Shown one piece after another: positions 30,505 to 38,922 of a stretch of 64,000 nt of DNA (within the stretch, counting starts at the first letter, position 1; every line of letters begins with the position of its first letter). This stretch comes from Sulfurospirillum sp. UBA12182 (GTDB taxonomy: Bacteria; Campylobacterota; Campylobacteria; Campylobacterales; Sulfurospirillaceae), in contig DLUF01000059.1 in NCBI GenBank assembly GCA_002742765.1, positions 125 through 64,124 of the forward strand, written 5' to 3'. The notes under the pieces are model-generated. The model was not told where the DNA came from, did no database searches, and saw only the letters and a list, made by a program, of their open reading frames with translations. A program made the position numbers and the translations under genes.

Positions 30505-31264
30505 AAGCGTTTTTTTAGGTGTTATAGCTTTTCTTTTTGTAGGTTGTGGTACTAGAGAGTATACGTATACAAGTTCCTACTCTCCTTCTTCAACTCCTGT
30601 GTCAACGCAAATCAACAACTCTGCAAATATGCACAGAGCGACAATGCGTCCTTATACTGTAATGGGAAAGACTTATTATCCTACGAAAGTGAGTATAGGC
30701 GATAGTTTTAGTGGAGTTGCTAGTTGGTATGGTGATGATTTTCATGGTAAAAAAACCTCTAATGGTGAGTATTATAATATGTATGATATGAGCGCAGCAC
30801 ACAAAACTTTGCCTATGAATACGATGGTTAAAGTAACTAACCTTAGAAATGACCGCTCAGCAATCGTGCGTATAAATGATAGAGGTCCTTTTGTGAAAAG
30901 CAGAATCATAGACCTCTCTTATACAGCAGCTAAAAGATTAGATGTGGTGCAACACGGAACAGCACCAGTGAGGTTAGAAGTTGTCGGATTTAATGGTGTT
31001 ATAGGTGAGTTTTCAAAAGAAAAAAGCGTTGTTATGGATGGTTATTTCGTCCAAATAGGTGCTTTTAGAAATAAAGAGGGTGCATTAAACTATGTTAAAA
31101 TGCATAGTAATGTAAATGGTCGATATAAAGCTATTTTAAAAGAGCATGAACTAGATGGTAAACCTTTATACCGAGTTTGGTTAAGTGGTTTTGATAGCGA
31201 AGAGGAAGCTAGAGACTTCAAAGATAGTGGAGTTTTCTCAGGTTCTTTTATAACAAGAGAGTAG
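30482..31264 (+). CDS. rlpA: Rare lipoprotein A (RlpA) with SPOR domain
   Basis: In-frame TTG 30482 lies 6 nt after AGGAG (30471-30475); the ORF-track start is TTG 30464. Lipobox LFVGC, DPBB block ASWYGDDFHGKKTSNGE and a C-terminal SPOR-like domain. Confidence 0.75.
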   Translation: MLSRIPTKSVFLGVIAFLFVGCGTREYTYTSSYSPSSTPVSTQINNSANMHRATMRPYTVMGKTYYPTKVSIGDSFSGVASWYGDDFHGKKTSNGEYYNMYDMSAAHKTLPMNTMVKVTNLRNDRSAIVRINDRGPFVKSRIIDLSYTAAKRLDVVQHGTAPVRLEVVGFNGVIGEFSKEKSVVMDGYFVQIGAFRNKEGALNYVKMHSNVNGRYKAILKEHELDGKPLYRVWLSGFDSEEEARDFKDSGVFSGSFITRE

Positions 31265-31267
31265 AGT

Positions 31268-31840
31268 ATGATAGTAAAAGAGAGAAAAACAAAAGAGACA
31301 GATATAAGAGTAGAACTTTCCCTTTATGGAAGAGGTAAGTCAACGATTCAAACAGGTATAGGTTTTTTCGACCATATGCTAGAGGCATTTTCTAAACACT
31401 CTTTAATTGATTTGAATCTTACATGTAAAGGTGATACACATATTGATTTTCACCACTCTGTTGAAGATGTAGGAATCGTTTTAGGACAAGCTTTAAAAGA
31501 GGCAATTTACCCAATAGCAAATGTTGAAAGATATGCTAACGCTGTTGTTGTTATGGATGAAGCAGCTGTTGAGAGTTCTATGGATTTGAGCAATCGTGCG
31601 TATCTCGTATATGAAGTACAAATAGATGGCAAAGTAGGGGAGTTTGATGTTGAACTTGCTGAAGAGTTTCTAAGAGCTTTAGTGAGCAATGCTGGGATAA
31701 CTTTACATGTAGAGTGTAAAAGAGGTAAAAACAGACATCATATCCTAGAAGCAGTTTTCAAATCTTTTGCTGTTGCTCTAAGACGTGCTTTGAGTAAAAA
31801 TGAGGCATTAGGAATCCCTAGTACAAAGGGTGTTCTGTGA
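31268..31840 (+). CDS. hisB: Imidazoleglycerol-phosphate dehydratase
   Basis: RKTKETDIRVEL...GIGFFDHML...DTHIDFHHSVEDVGI...HHILEA, a monofunctional IGPD. Confidence 0.9.
   Translation: MIVKERKTKETDIRVELSLYGRGKSTIQTGIGFFDHMLEAFSKHSLIDLNLTCKGDTHIDFHHSVEDVGIVLGQALKEAIYPIANVERYANAVVVMDEAAVESSMDLSNRAYLVYEVQIDGKVGEFDVELAEEFLRALVSNAGITLHVECKRGKNRHHILEAVFKSFAVALRRALSKNEALGIPSTKGVL
31418..31429. repeat. Iterated palindrome copy (1 mismatch)
   Basis: cTTACATGTAAA in hisB, read as LTCK. A weaker copy lies at 31702-31713. Confidence 0.9.
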
Positions 31841-32331
31841 TAGAATTTTTAGTCTTTGATGTAGATGGTTGTTTAACTGATGGAGGCATTACTTATAGCT
31901 GTGATGGAAGTGAGTCTAAAACCTTTAGCGTAAAAGATGGACTTGCCATCGCTTCTTGGATGCGTATGGGTAAAAAAAGTGCTATCATCACAGGAAGAAA
32001 CTCTAAGATTGTAGCAAGAAGAGCCAAAGAGTTAGGTATCACTCATTTGTATCAAGGTGTCAAAAACAAGCAAGAAGTTTTAGAGCAGATTTTAAAAGAA
32101 GAGGGATTGAGTTTTGAACAAGTGGCTGCAATCGGTGATGATTTGAACGATTATGCCATGTTAAAAAGTGTCGGTTTGTCTTTTTGCCCAAACGATGCTA
32201 GTGAGTATATAAAAAAGATAGTCGATGTTCCTTTGCGCACAATTGGTGGTAAGGGAGCGGCACGAGAGATGATAGAGTATATCTTGCAAAAAGATGGAAA
32301 TGAAGAGGAATTGTTAAAACTTTGGCAGTAA
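31837..32331 (+). CDS. kdsC: KDO-8-phosphate phosphatase (HAD)
   Basis: GTGA overlap with hisB. FDVDGCLTDG..., GDDLND.... Precedes lptC/lptA-like genes. Confidence 0.7.
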   Translation: MIEFLVFDVDGCLTDGGITYSCDGSESKTFSVKDGLAIASWMRMGKKSAIITGRNSKIVARRAKELGITHLYQGVKNKQEVLEQILKEEGLSFEQVAAIGDDLNDYAMLKSVGLSFCPNDASEYIKKIVDVPLRTIGGKGAAREMIEYILQKDGNEEELLKLWQ

Positions 32332-32849
32332 AATCGTTATATTATTTTGTATTTATTTTTATAGGCATTACTGTTTTTATCGTTTTGCAAAAACCATATA
32401 CCTTACATGTAACAGATAAAAATCGTGCTTTAGCAACAATTATTATGAGTGATGTGAAGAGTTATGATATCACAACAAATGGTGTAGTATCATTTTCTAG
32501 TGCTGATTTTGTAAAACGTTATGCAAATTATGATGAGTTCGATAATGTTCGTCTACTACGACAAAATGAAAATGGATATGTAGAGTCTGTAAGTGCTAAA
32601 GAGGGTATCTTGAAAAAAAACCTTTTAAAGCTTAAAAAAGATTTTAGATATGATAGAAGTGATGGTGTCTCTCTTAGGAGTGAAGAAGTGGATTATAATT
32701 TAGATTCAAAAGTTTTAAGCTCGCAGGTTGATTTTACACTTTCTAATTTCAAAGGTACAAGCTATGGAAAGTCCTTTGTATATGATACACTCAATGGAGT
32801 GATTCAAGCAAGTAAGATTAAAGCTATAATGAAGGAAACGCAGAAGTGA
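32322..32849 (+). CDS. LptC-like LPS export protein
   Basis: TTG start and an N-terminal TM anchor. Size and position between kdsC and the lptA-like gene support the call; there is no strong motif. Confidence 0.5.
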   Translation: MAVKSLYYFVFIFIGITVFIVLQKPYTLHVTDKNRALATIIMSDVKSYDITTNGVVSFSSADFVKRYANYDEFDNVRLLRQNENGYVESVSAKEGILKKNLLKLKKDFRYDRSDGVSLRSEEVDYNLDSKVLSSQVDFTLSNFKGTSYGKSFVYDTLNGVIQASKIKAIMKETQK

Positions 32850-33307
32850 AATTTTTAATATCGTTGTTTTTTATTTTAAATATTGTAAATGCTGCAAATG
32901 TTGAGGTTGTAGCAGATAAATTTTTTGCTGATGAAAAAAAACAGATTTCTGTTTTTAGTGGAAGTGTTGTTGTTACAAAACAGAGTGATAGACTAAAAGC
33001 AGATGAAGTAACAATTAATTTTGATGCAAAAAAACAGCCTTTAAAGTATATAGCTGTTGGAAATGCAAAAGTGGATATGATTATCAATGAAAAAAAGTAT
33101 TTTGCTTCAGCAGATAAGATGATTTATGATCCTATTAAAGACCAGTATGAGTTAATAGGAAATGCTTTTTTACATGAACTTATAACAGATAAAAAAGTTT
33201 ATGGAGATAAGATTTTTGTAAATCAACTGACAGGAAGATATGAAGTTGATAGCAAAGGAAGTGAGCCTGTGAAATTCATCTTCAAGGTAGAGGATAAAAA
33301 ACAGTGA
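32846..33307 (+). CDS. lptA: LptA-like periplasmic LPS transport protein
   Basis: GTGA overlap, signal peptide and OstA-like pattern (ADKFFADEKKQISVFSGSVVVTK...LKADEVTINF). Confidence 0.6.
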   Translation: MKFLISLFFILNIVNAANVEVVADKFFADEKKQISVFSGSVVVTKQSDRLKADEVTINFDAKKQPLKYIAVGNAKVDMIINEKKYFASADKMIYDPIKDQYELIGNAFLHELITDKKVYGDKIFVNQLTGRYEVDSKGSEPVKFIFKVEDKKQ

Positions 33308-33915
33308 TAAAACTCAAAAATGCCTCTTTTGTAAAATCGGCTCCCTCCATCAATGAAACGGTTGCAAACGATGTGAGTGAAGTTGCCTTTATCGGAAGAA
33401 GCAATGTAGGCAAAAGCTCTCTTATCAATGCTTTGACAAATCACAAAGGTTTAGCAAAAAGTTCATCAACTCCAGGCAAAACGAGATTGATTAACTTCTT
33501 TGATGTTGTTTTTGCCCAAAATGAAGAGGACTTTAATGCTCGTTTTATAGATTTGCCAGGATTTGGATATGCGAAGGTTTCAAAGTCCACAAAAGAAGAG
33601 TGGCAAAAAAATTTAACAGAATTTATCCACAAAAGAAGTTCGATAAGGACATTTGTACATCTTATTGATTCTAGGCATCCAAGCTTAGAGATAGATAAAG
33701 AGGTGCATGAATACTTACAGCAGATATGTAGAGCAGACCAACAGATAATTGTTTTTTTTACAAAAGCTGATAAGTTAAATCAAAAAGAGGTAAGTGCCCT
33801 AAAAAAGGTTCACTCTCATGCACTTATGGTTTCTAGCGCAAACAAAAAAGGTATACAACTAGCACTGGAGACAATTTTTAATTCGCTCTTTGGAGTAAAA
33901 CGTGATACGTTATGA
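33304..33915 (+). CDS. engB: Ribosome biogenesis GTPase YihA/EngB
   Basis: G1 GRSNVGKSSLIN, G3 DLPGFGYA, G4 TKADK. Confidence 0.85.
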   Translation: MIKLKNASFVKSAPSINETVANDVSEVAFIGRSNVGKSSLINALTNHKGLAKSSSTPGKTRLINFFDVVFAQNEEDFNARFIDLPGFGYAKVSKSTKEEWQKNLTEFIHKRSSIRTFVHLIDSRHPSLEIDKEVHEYLQQICRADQQIIVFFTKADKLNQKEVSALKKVHSHALMVSSANKKGIQLALETIFNSLFGVKRDTL

Positions 33916-34360
33916 AAAAGCAAAATTAAGCGATATCGCTCTTATGCAAGAGTTAGTAAAAGAAGAGGTTCAAAAAGGGATTATTCTTTTTAGAAGTTCT
34001 GATGAGATGGCAACAAATATCCGCTCATATATCTTGGCAAAAGATGATGATACTATTATAGGATTTGGTGCTTTACACTTTCATGCTTTTGATTTAGCTG
34101 AGGTAAGAAGCTTGATAGTTGATAAAAATTACCAAGGCAAAGGTATAGGCAGAGGCATAGTAGAAGCACTCTTGCAAGAAGGTAAAAATTTAGGTGTTAA
34201 AAAGATATTTACGCTTACTTATGTAAAAGGCTTTTTTGAATCTTTAGGATTTAAAGAGATTCCAAAAGAATCACTTCCAGCTCATAAAATCTGGGCTGAT
34301 TGTATAAAATGTAAACATTTCCCAGTATGCGACGAAGTAGCACTGATACAAACTATCTAA
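33902..34360 (+). CDS. GNAT-family N-acetyltransferase
   Basis: GTG start. Acetyl-CoA motif ...VDKNYQGKGIGRGIVEALL.... Confidence 0.65.
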   Translation: MIRYEKAKLSDIALMQELVKEEVQKGIILFRSSDEMATNIRSYILAKDDDTIIGFGALHFHAFDLAEVRSLIVDKNYQGKGIGRGIVEALLQEGKNLGVKKIFTLTYVKGFFESLGFKEIPKESLPAHKIWADCIKCKHFPVCDEVALIQTI

Positions 34361-34797
34361 GACTCTTCTTCTTATCAATATCTTTTTTATTTTTATTGAT
34401 AATGGGTTCTTTGTACACGTGGTTACCCTCTTTTGTAGGACTTTTTTTTATCTATGTATTGATAAATTTTGAAGATGAGAAAAACAGACTCTATTTGTAC
34501 CTTAGTTTTTTATATCTGATTTTTTATGATATAAATAGAGGGTTTTATCTCTTCTCTTATATCTTTACATTTTTGATTTTTTATAACTTCTTCTTAGATA
34601 AGGTAAGAAACTACTTTTCGTGTATAAACTGTATCTTGGTTATGTATGTTTTAGTTGCATACATAGGGCACTATTTTATGAACGTGTTTATCGCTTATTT
34701 ACTTAATGAAACTATCATTGAGCTTTCAAAGGAGTATATATACTACATTCTAATTGATATGGTTTTGGCTTCTATTATTTTTAAAGGTAGAGTGTGA
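34327..34797 (+). CDS. Small polytopic membrane protein (possible MreD analogue)
   Basis: 4-5 predicted TMs, about 150 aa, translationally coupled (GTGA) to mrdA. The start is uncertain. No motif evidence. Confidence 0.4.
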   Translation: MRRSSTDTNYLRLFFLSISFLFLLIMGSLYTWLPSFVGLFFIYVLINFEDEKNRLYLYLSFLYLIFYDINRGFYLFSYIFTFLIFYNFFLDKVRNYFSCINCILVMYVLVAYIGHYFMNVFIAYLLNETIIELSKEYIYYILIDMVLASIIFKGRV

Positions 34798-36587
34798 GAA
34801 TAAGAATTCTTCTTATAGCTTTTGCAGTTTTTTGGCTTTTATTGCTTGTAAGAATCTATTATATTAGTATCAAATCAAATACATATTATGAAGAAATAGC
34901 AAAGCAAAACGCTATTAAAGTCGAAAAACTTGCTCCTTTAAGAGGTTCTATCCTAGATATCAATGGTAAGCCACTTTCAGTCAATAAGTTGGGTTTTAGT
35001 ATAGCTATCACTCCACATCTAAGTTCAAGAAGAAATGAAAAAAAGCTAGACTCTCTTATCCACTTTTTGAGTCAAAATATTCCAAATTTAGATGCCCAAA
35101 AAATCAAAAAAACTTATATCAAAAGAGACTCTCCCTATTCTCATGAGTTTGTTAAAGTAATTGATTTTATAACTTATGATGAGATTATTGAAAAGTTTGC
35201 AAAAATCTCTTTGATGGAAGATTTAGAGATAAAAGCAGCTTCAAAAAGACACTATCCTTATAAAGAATTAGCTTCGCATATCATAGGTTATGTAGGAAAA
35301 GCAAATTTAAAAGATATGCAAGATGATGAGGTTGTGAAGCTAGTTGGATATATCGGGCGAACAGGAATTGAAAAATATTATAATGATGTTTTACAAGGCA
35401 CATTAGGAGAAAAACGTACTAAAGTTACAGCTTTTAACGAAGAGATTGAAGAGATTGACAAAAAACTACCAACAAGCAAAGATATTCAACTCTCACTTGA
35501 TTTGGATTTGCAAAAGTTTATAGCAGAATCTTTTGGAGACCAAAGTGGTGCTGTAATAGTTATGAATGCAAAAAATGGCAAGATTGTAGCTGCTGGAAGT
35601 TTCCCTGAGTATGATTTAAACCAGTTTGTAACTGGGATTACACAAGAGGAGTGGGAAAAACTTGCTAATGATTTTAATCACCCTTTTACAAATAAGCTTA
35701 TCAATGGTCTTTACCATCCAGGTTCTGTTGTAAAGATGGGTGTTGGACTAGCGTTCATGGAATCAGGACTTATAAACCCTTATACGAGCTATTACTGTAC
35801 AGGTTCGATGGAGCTTGGCGGAAGAAACTTTAGATGCTGGAAAAAAGATGGTCATGGTAAAGTAGATTTGATAAGAGCGATTAGAGAGAGTTGTGATGAT
35901 TATTTTTATAAAGGGAGTTTAAAAGTTGGCATCGATACTATCTCTCCTGTTTTAGAACAATTGGGTTTTGCAACTAAAACTGGGATTGATTTGCCAAATG
36001 AGTTTTTAGGTTCTGTTCCTGGTCGTAGTTGGAAAATGATGAAATATCAAAAACCTTGGTACCAAGGAGAGACATTGATTACTTCGATTGGACAAGGTTA
36101 CTTTTTGACAACCCCTATGCAAGTAGCAAGGCATACAGCACTTATAGCTACTGGCTATGGAGTTACTCCTCATTTTATAGATAGTATAGATGGGCTTGAA
36201 GTTGATTATGGTAAAGATGACACCATCTTTAATGAAATTCAAAAACGATATCTTCCTACGATAAGAAAAGGGATGCATGAAGTTATAACAAGTCCTAGAG
36301 GTACTGGACATAATTATATAAAGACAAAAGTGGATATCGCAGGGAAAACAGGAACTGCTCAAGTAGTTGGAATCCCACAAGGGGAAAAAGAGCGGATGAA
36401 AGAGAGTGAGCTTGAGTACTATCATCGTTCTCATGCTTGGATGACTACATACGGACCTTTTAAAAATCCTCAGTATGTTGTCACAGTGATGGTTGAACAT
36501 GGTGGACATGGTGGACATGCAGCTGGAGAAATTGTTTCTAAAATTTATGATAAACTCCTAGAAAAAGGCTATATAAAAGGGGAGTAA
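34794..36587 (+). CDS. mrdA: Penicillin-binding protein 2 (elongasome transpeptidase)
   Basis: N-terminal TM, PBP dimerisation domain and the transpeptidase motifs SVVK, SCD and KTGTA. Confidence 0.85.
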   Translation: MRIRILLIAFAVFWLLLLVRIYYISIKSNTYYEEIAKQNAIKVEKLAPLRGSILDINGKPLSVNKLGFSIAITPHLSSRRNEKKLDSLIHFLSQNIPNLDAQKIKKTYIKRDSPYSHEFVKVIDFITYDEIIEKFAKISLMEDLEIKAASKRHYPYKELASHIIGYVGKANLKDMQDDEVVKLVGYIGRTGIEKYYNDVLQGTLGEKRTKVTAFNEEIEEIDKKLPTSKDIQLSLDLDLQKFIAESFGDQSGAVIVMNAKNGKIVAAGSFPEYDLNQFVTGITQEEWEKLANDFNHPFTNKLINGLYHPGSVVKMGVGLAFMESGLINPYTSYYCTGSMELGGRNFRCWKKDGHGKVDLIRAIRESCDDYFYKGSLKVGIDTISPVLEQLGFATKTGIDLPNEFLGSVPGRSWKMMKYQKPWYQGETLITSIGQGYFLTTPMQVARHTALIATGYGVTPHFIDSIDGLEVDYGKDDTIFNEIQKRYLPTIRKGMHEVITSPRGTGHNYIKTKVDIAGKTGTAQVVGIPQGEKERMKESELEYYHRSHAWMTTYGPFKNPQYVVTVMVEHGGHGGHAAGEIVSKIYDKLLEKGYIKGE

Positions 36588-36649
36588 TATTTACCATCAA
36601 TTGTCCAAAAGAGAGTATAATTGCATTTGATTTCATTTGGAGATATTTT

Positions 36650-37549
36650 ATGGAAAGCATTGCAAAAATTTTACAATCTTTAAATCTAGTTTATTATGAA
36701 TATGACAAAAAAAGCGATATGATAGTTCTTGATAAGCGTTATTCAAATACGCATACCTTAGGAGAATTGATAAAGTTAACCTACTATTTGACGAGCAAAA
36801 AGATTACCTTTGATGTTTTAAAAGATAGCTCGATTTTACTCAATCGCTCAGATACTTTATCCTCAAAGATACAAAGAAAAGTAAGTGGTTTTTTTACAGA
36901 TATGAAAAACAAAAGAGAGAGTATCTATGTTTTAAGTGAGAAAAAAGTCAAATGGGCAAAAAATCTTCCTTTATTTGAGATAGAGTTTTTAAAAAAGATT
37001 GATATCTCTTTAAAAGAGTATGAAGCTCTTGTGTTTACCTCTAAAAATGCTATTGAAGCGATCAATAAAATAGACTCAAAATGGAAAGATATTCCCTCTT
37101 ATGTTATCTCTGAACAATCTGGTAAATTGGTCAAGGATTTTGGTGGGAGATTGAAGTTTTTTAGTAAACAAAGACATGGAGAGGAGTTTGCAGAAGAACT
37201 TATCCCTCTTTTAAAAAACAAGAGAGTTCTTTATATAGCAGGAGAAGTTGTTGCCGCAGATATAGCACAGTTACTTAAAGAAGCTGATATAAACTGTGAT
37301 AAAGTAGTAGTGTATAAAAATCGATTTTTAGAGACTAGCAAAAAGATACAACTCCCAGATAATGCGAAGATTATCTTCTCTTCACCTTCAACGATAGAGT
37401 ATTTTTTAAAGTGTTATGAGTGGAAAAATAGTTATAAAGCTGTTGTTATAGGTAAAACAACAGCTAAACATCTACCTTCTTATATAAAGGCAGTTATCTC
37501 TGAAAATACCTCTTTAGAGGCTTGTGTTCAAAAAGCCTTAGAACTATAA
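36650..37549 (+). CDS. hemD: Uroporphyrinogen-III synthase-like protein with ~100-aa N-terminal extension
   Basis: C-terminal ~200 aa show a HemD-like pattern (ALVFTSKNAIEA..., ...IIFSSPSTIEYF...). The N-terminal region is unrecognised. Confidence 0.55.
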   Translation: MESIAKILQSLNLVYYEYDKKSDMIVLDKRYSNTHTLGELIKLTYYLTSKKITFDVLKDSSILLNRSDTLSSKIQRKVSGFFTDMKNKRESIYVLSEKKVKWAKNLPLFEIEFLKKIDISLKEYEALVFTSKNAIEAINKIDSKWKDIPSYVISEQSGKLVKDFGGRLKFFSKQRHGEEFAEELIPLLKNKRVLYIAGEVVAADIAQLLKEADINCDKVVVYKNRFLETSKKIQLPDNAKIIFSSPSTIEYFLKCYEWKNSYKAVVIGKTTAKHLPSYIKAVISENTSLEACVQKALEL

Positions 37550-37966
37550 GTCATCTGTCCTTACGATGAGGCTTTGCGGTAGGCAAAAAAGGGAGATTAA
37601 CTCTTCTTCTTTTTGCCGCATCTGCCCGCTATCAACTTCGTGGTCATAGCCTAGAAGGTGCAAGAGTCCATGGATATACAAAAGTGCGATTTCCTCTTCT
37701 GTTTTGTGAGCATATTCTAAAGCTTTTTGCTTTGCTAAATCTACATTTATAAGGATAGAGCCAAGAGGCGCATATGGAGCTTCATCAAGAGGAAAACTAA
37801 GAACATCTGTTGTCTTATCTACTCCTCTATACTCTAAGTTTATCTCATGCATACTTTTTTCATCAAGAAAGATAAGTTCAACATCTTTTTGTGTTAGATG
37901 TTGCGTTAATTTCTCTAATAACTCTAAATCAAGTGGTGTTTGTGCTTGTATGTCAAGGTGTATCAT
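37544..37966 (-). CDS. ybeY: rRNA maturation endoribonuclease YbeY
   Basis: Zn motif HGLLHLLGYDH. 140 aa. Confidence 0.85.
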   Translation of the reverse strand: MIHLDIQAQTPLDLELLEKLTQHLTQKDVELIFLDEKSMHEINLEYRGVDKTTDVLSFPLDEAPYAPLGSILINVDLAKQKALEYAHKTEEEIALLYIHGLLHLLGYDHEVDSGQMRQKEEELISLFCLPQSLIVRTDDL

Positions 37967-37974
37967 CGTTATTC

Positions 37975-38922
37975 CTATAAAAGCGTTAATTGTTTGTTTG
38001 AACTCTCTTTTAAAAGTTCGCCAAAATCTTCAAAAGAGCTGTGTAAAAGAGCATATCTAAAATGAGCATTTTGAAGTTTGGCTAATTTCTCTTCATTTGT
38101 ACCATTTTGGAGAAAAAGTGTATGCTCAAGAGAGAATTTTTGCAAATAGAGCATCTCTTGATTAAAAAGCTCTTCATCTGGTTCGAAGATTAAAACACAA
38201 GAGCTTGTCCCAAACTCTTTTTTGACCAATTTTTTATCGACAAATTGAGGATAAAAATGGATAAAATGGTTGAGATTTTCTAGGTGAACTTCTAGGATGA
38301 AAGTTTCTAAATATTTTAAGAGTTGACAAAGTTGGGGTACAAATAAAGAGGAGATTTTTACTTCATGATAATACTTCTCTTCAAAAACAAAAGAGCTAAG
38401 AAAAAGACCTTTGGAGAAGAGTTTTTGAGGTTTTAAATCTTTATCAATTTGACTTTTTGAAGGCATGATGATATCTGAATACTCATTTTCTTTGAGTGCA
38501 AAAAGAGTTTCATCTTTAGCATTTAAGATTTGAAAAAATAACTCATATAAGGAGTTTTTGAAAAATTTTATCTTTACATGTAAAGCATTTAAAAGGTCAA
38601 AATGTAGTTTGGGTAGTTTTAGGATTTTGAGTCTTTTTTCTTGTACAAAAAATCTACTTAGTTTTAAAATTGCTAATTGTATATCTTTTGTTTGTATCCA
38701 TGCAATCTCTTCATCTAAGATAGTATAAAAATTGTTCGTAATGATGGCATAAGCGCCATTGGCAATTGCGATTTTCATATCTTCATAAGAGTTAGATATG
38801 TCAAGATAAGCAAACCCTCTCTCAATCTTTTGGGGATTAGTTTGAAAATTTTCTATGAAGTGAATTGATGGAGTGTTTTGAAGAACTCCATCAATAATTC
38901 GAATTAGACTTTCGATTCTCAT
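37975..38922 (-). CDS. Hypothetical protein, N-terminus resembles the MurF/Mur-ligase N-domain but has no P-loop
   Basis: ORF-track start trimmed to ATG 38920-38922, which forms an ATGA overlap with the metG stop. IIDGVLQNTPSI....GFAYLDI......IANGAYAIIT recalls the MurF N-terminus. No GxxGKT motif is present. Confidence 0.5.
   Translation of the reverse strand: MRIESLIRIIDGVLQNTPSIHFIENFQTNPQKIERGFAYLDISNSYEDMKIAIANGAYAIITNNFYTILDEEIAWIQTKDIQLAILKLSRFFVQEKRLKILKLPKLHFDLLNALHVKIKFFKNSLYELFFQILNAKDETLFALKENEYSDIIMPSKSQIDKDLKPQKLFSKGLFLSSFVFEEKYYHEVKISSLFVPQLCQLLKYLETFILEVHLENLNHFIHFYPQFVDKKLVKKEFGTSSCVLIFEPDEELFNQEMLYLQKFSLEHTLFLQNGTNEEKLAKLQNAHFRYALLHSSFEDFGELLKESSNKQLTLL
38573..38584. repeat. 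Iterated palindrome copy (perfect)
   Basis: 14-mer at 38572-38585, in CDS 37975-38922, read as LHVK. Confidence 0.95.
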
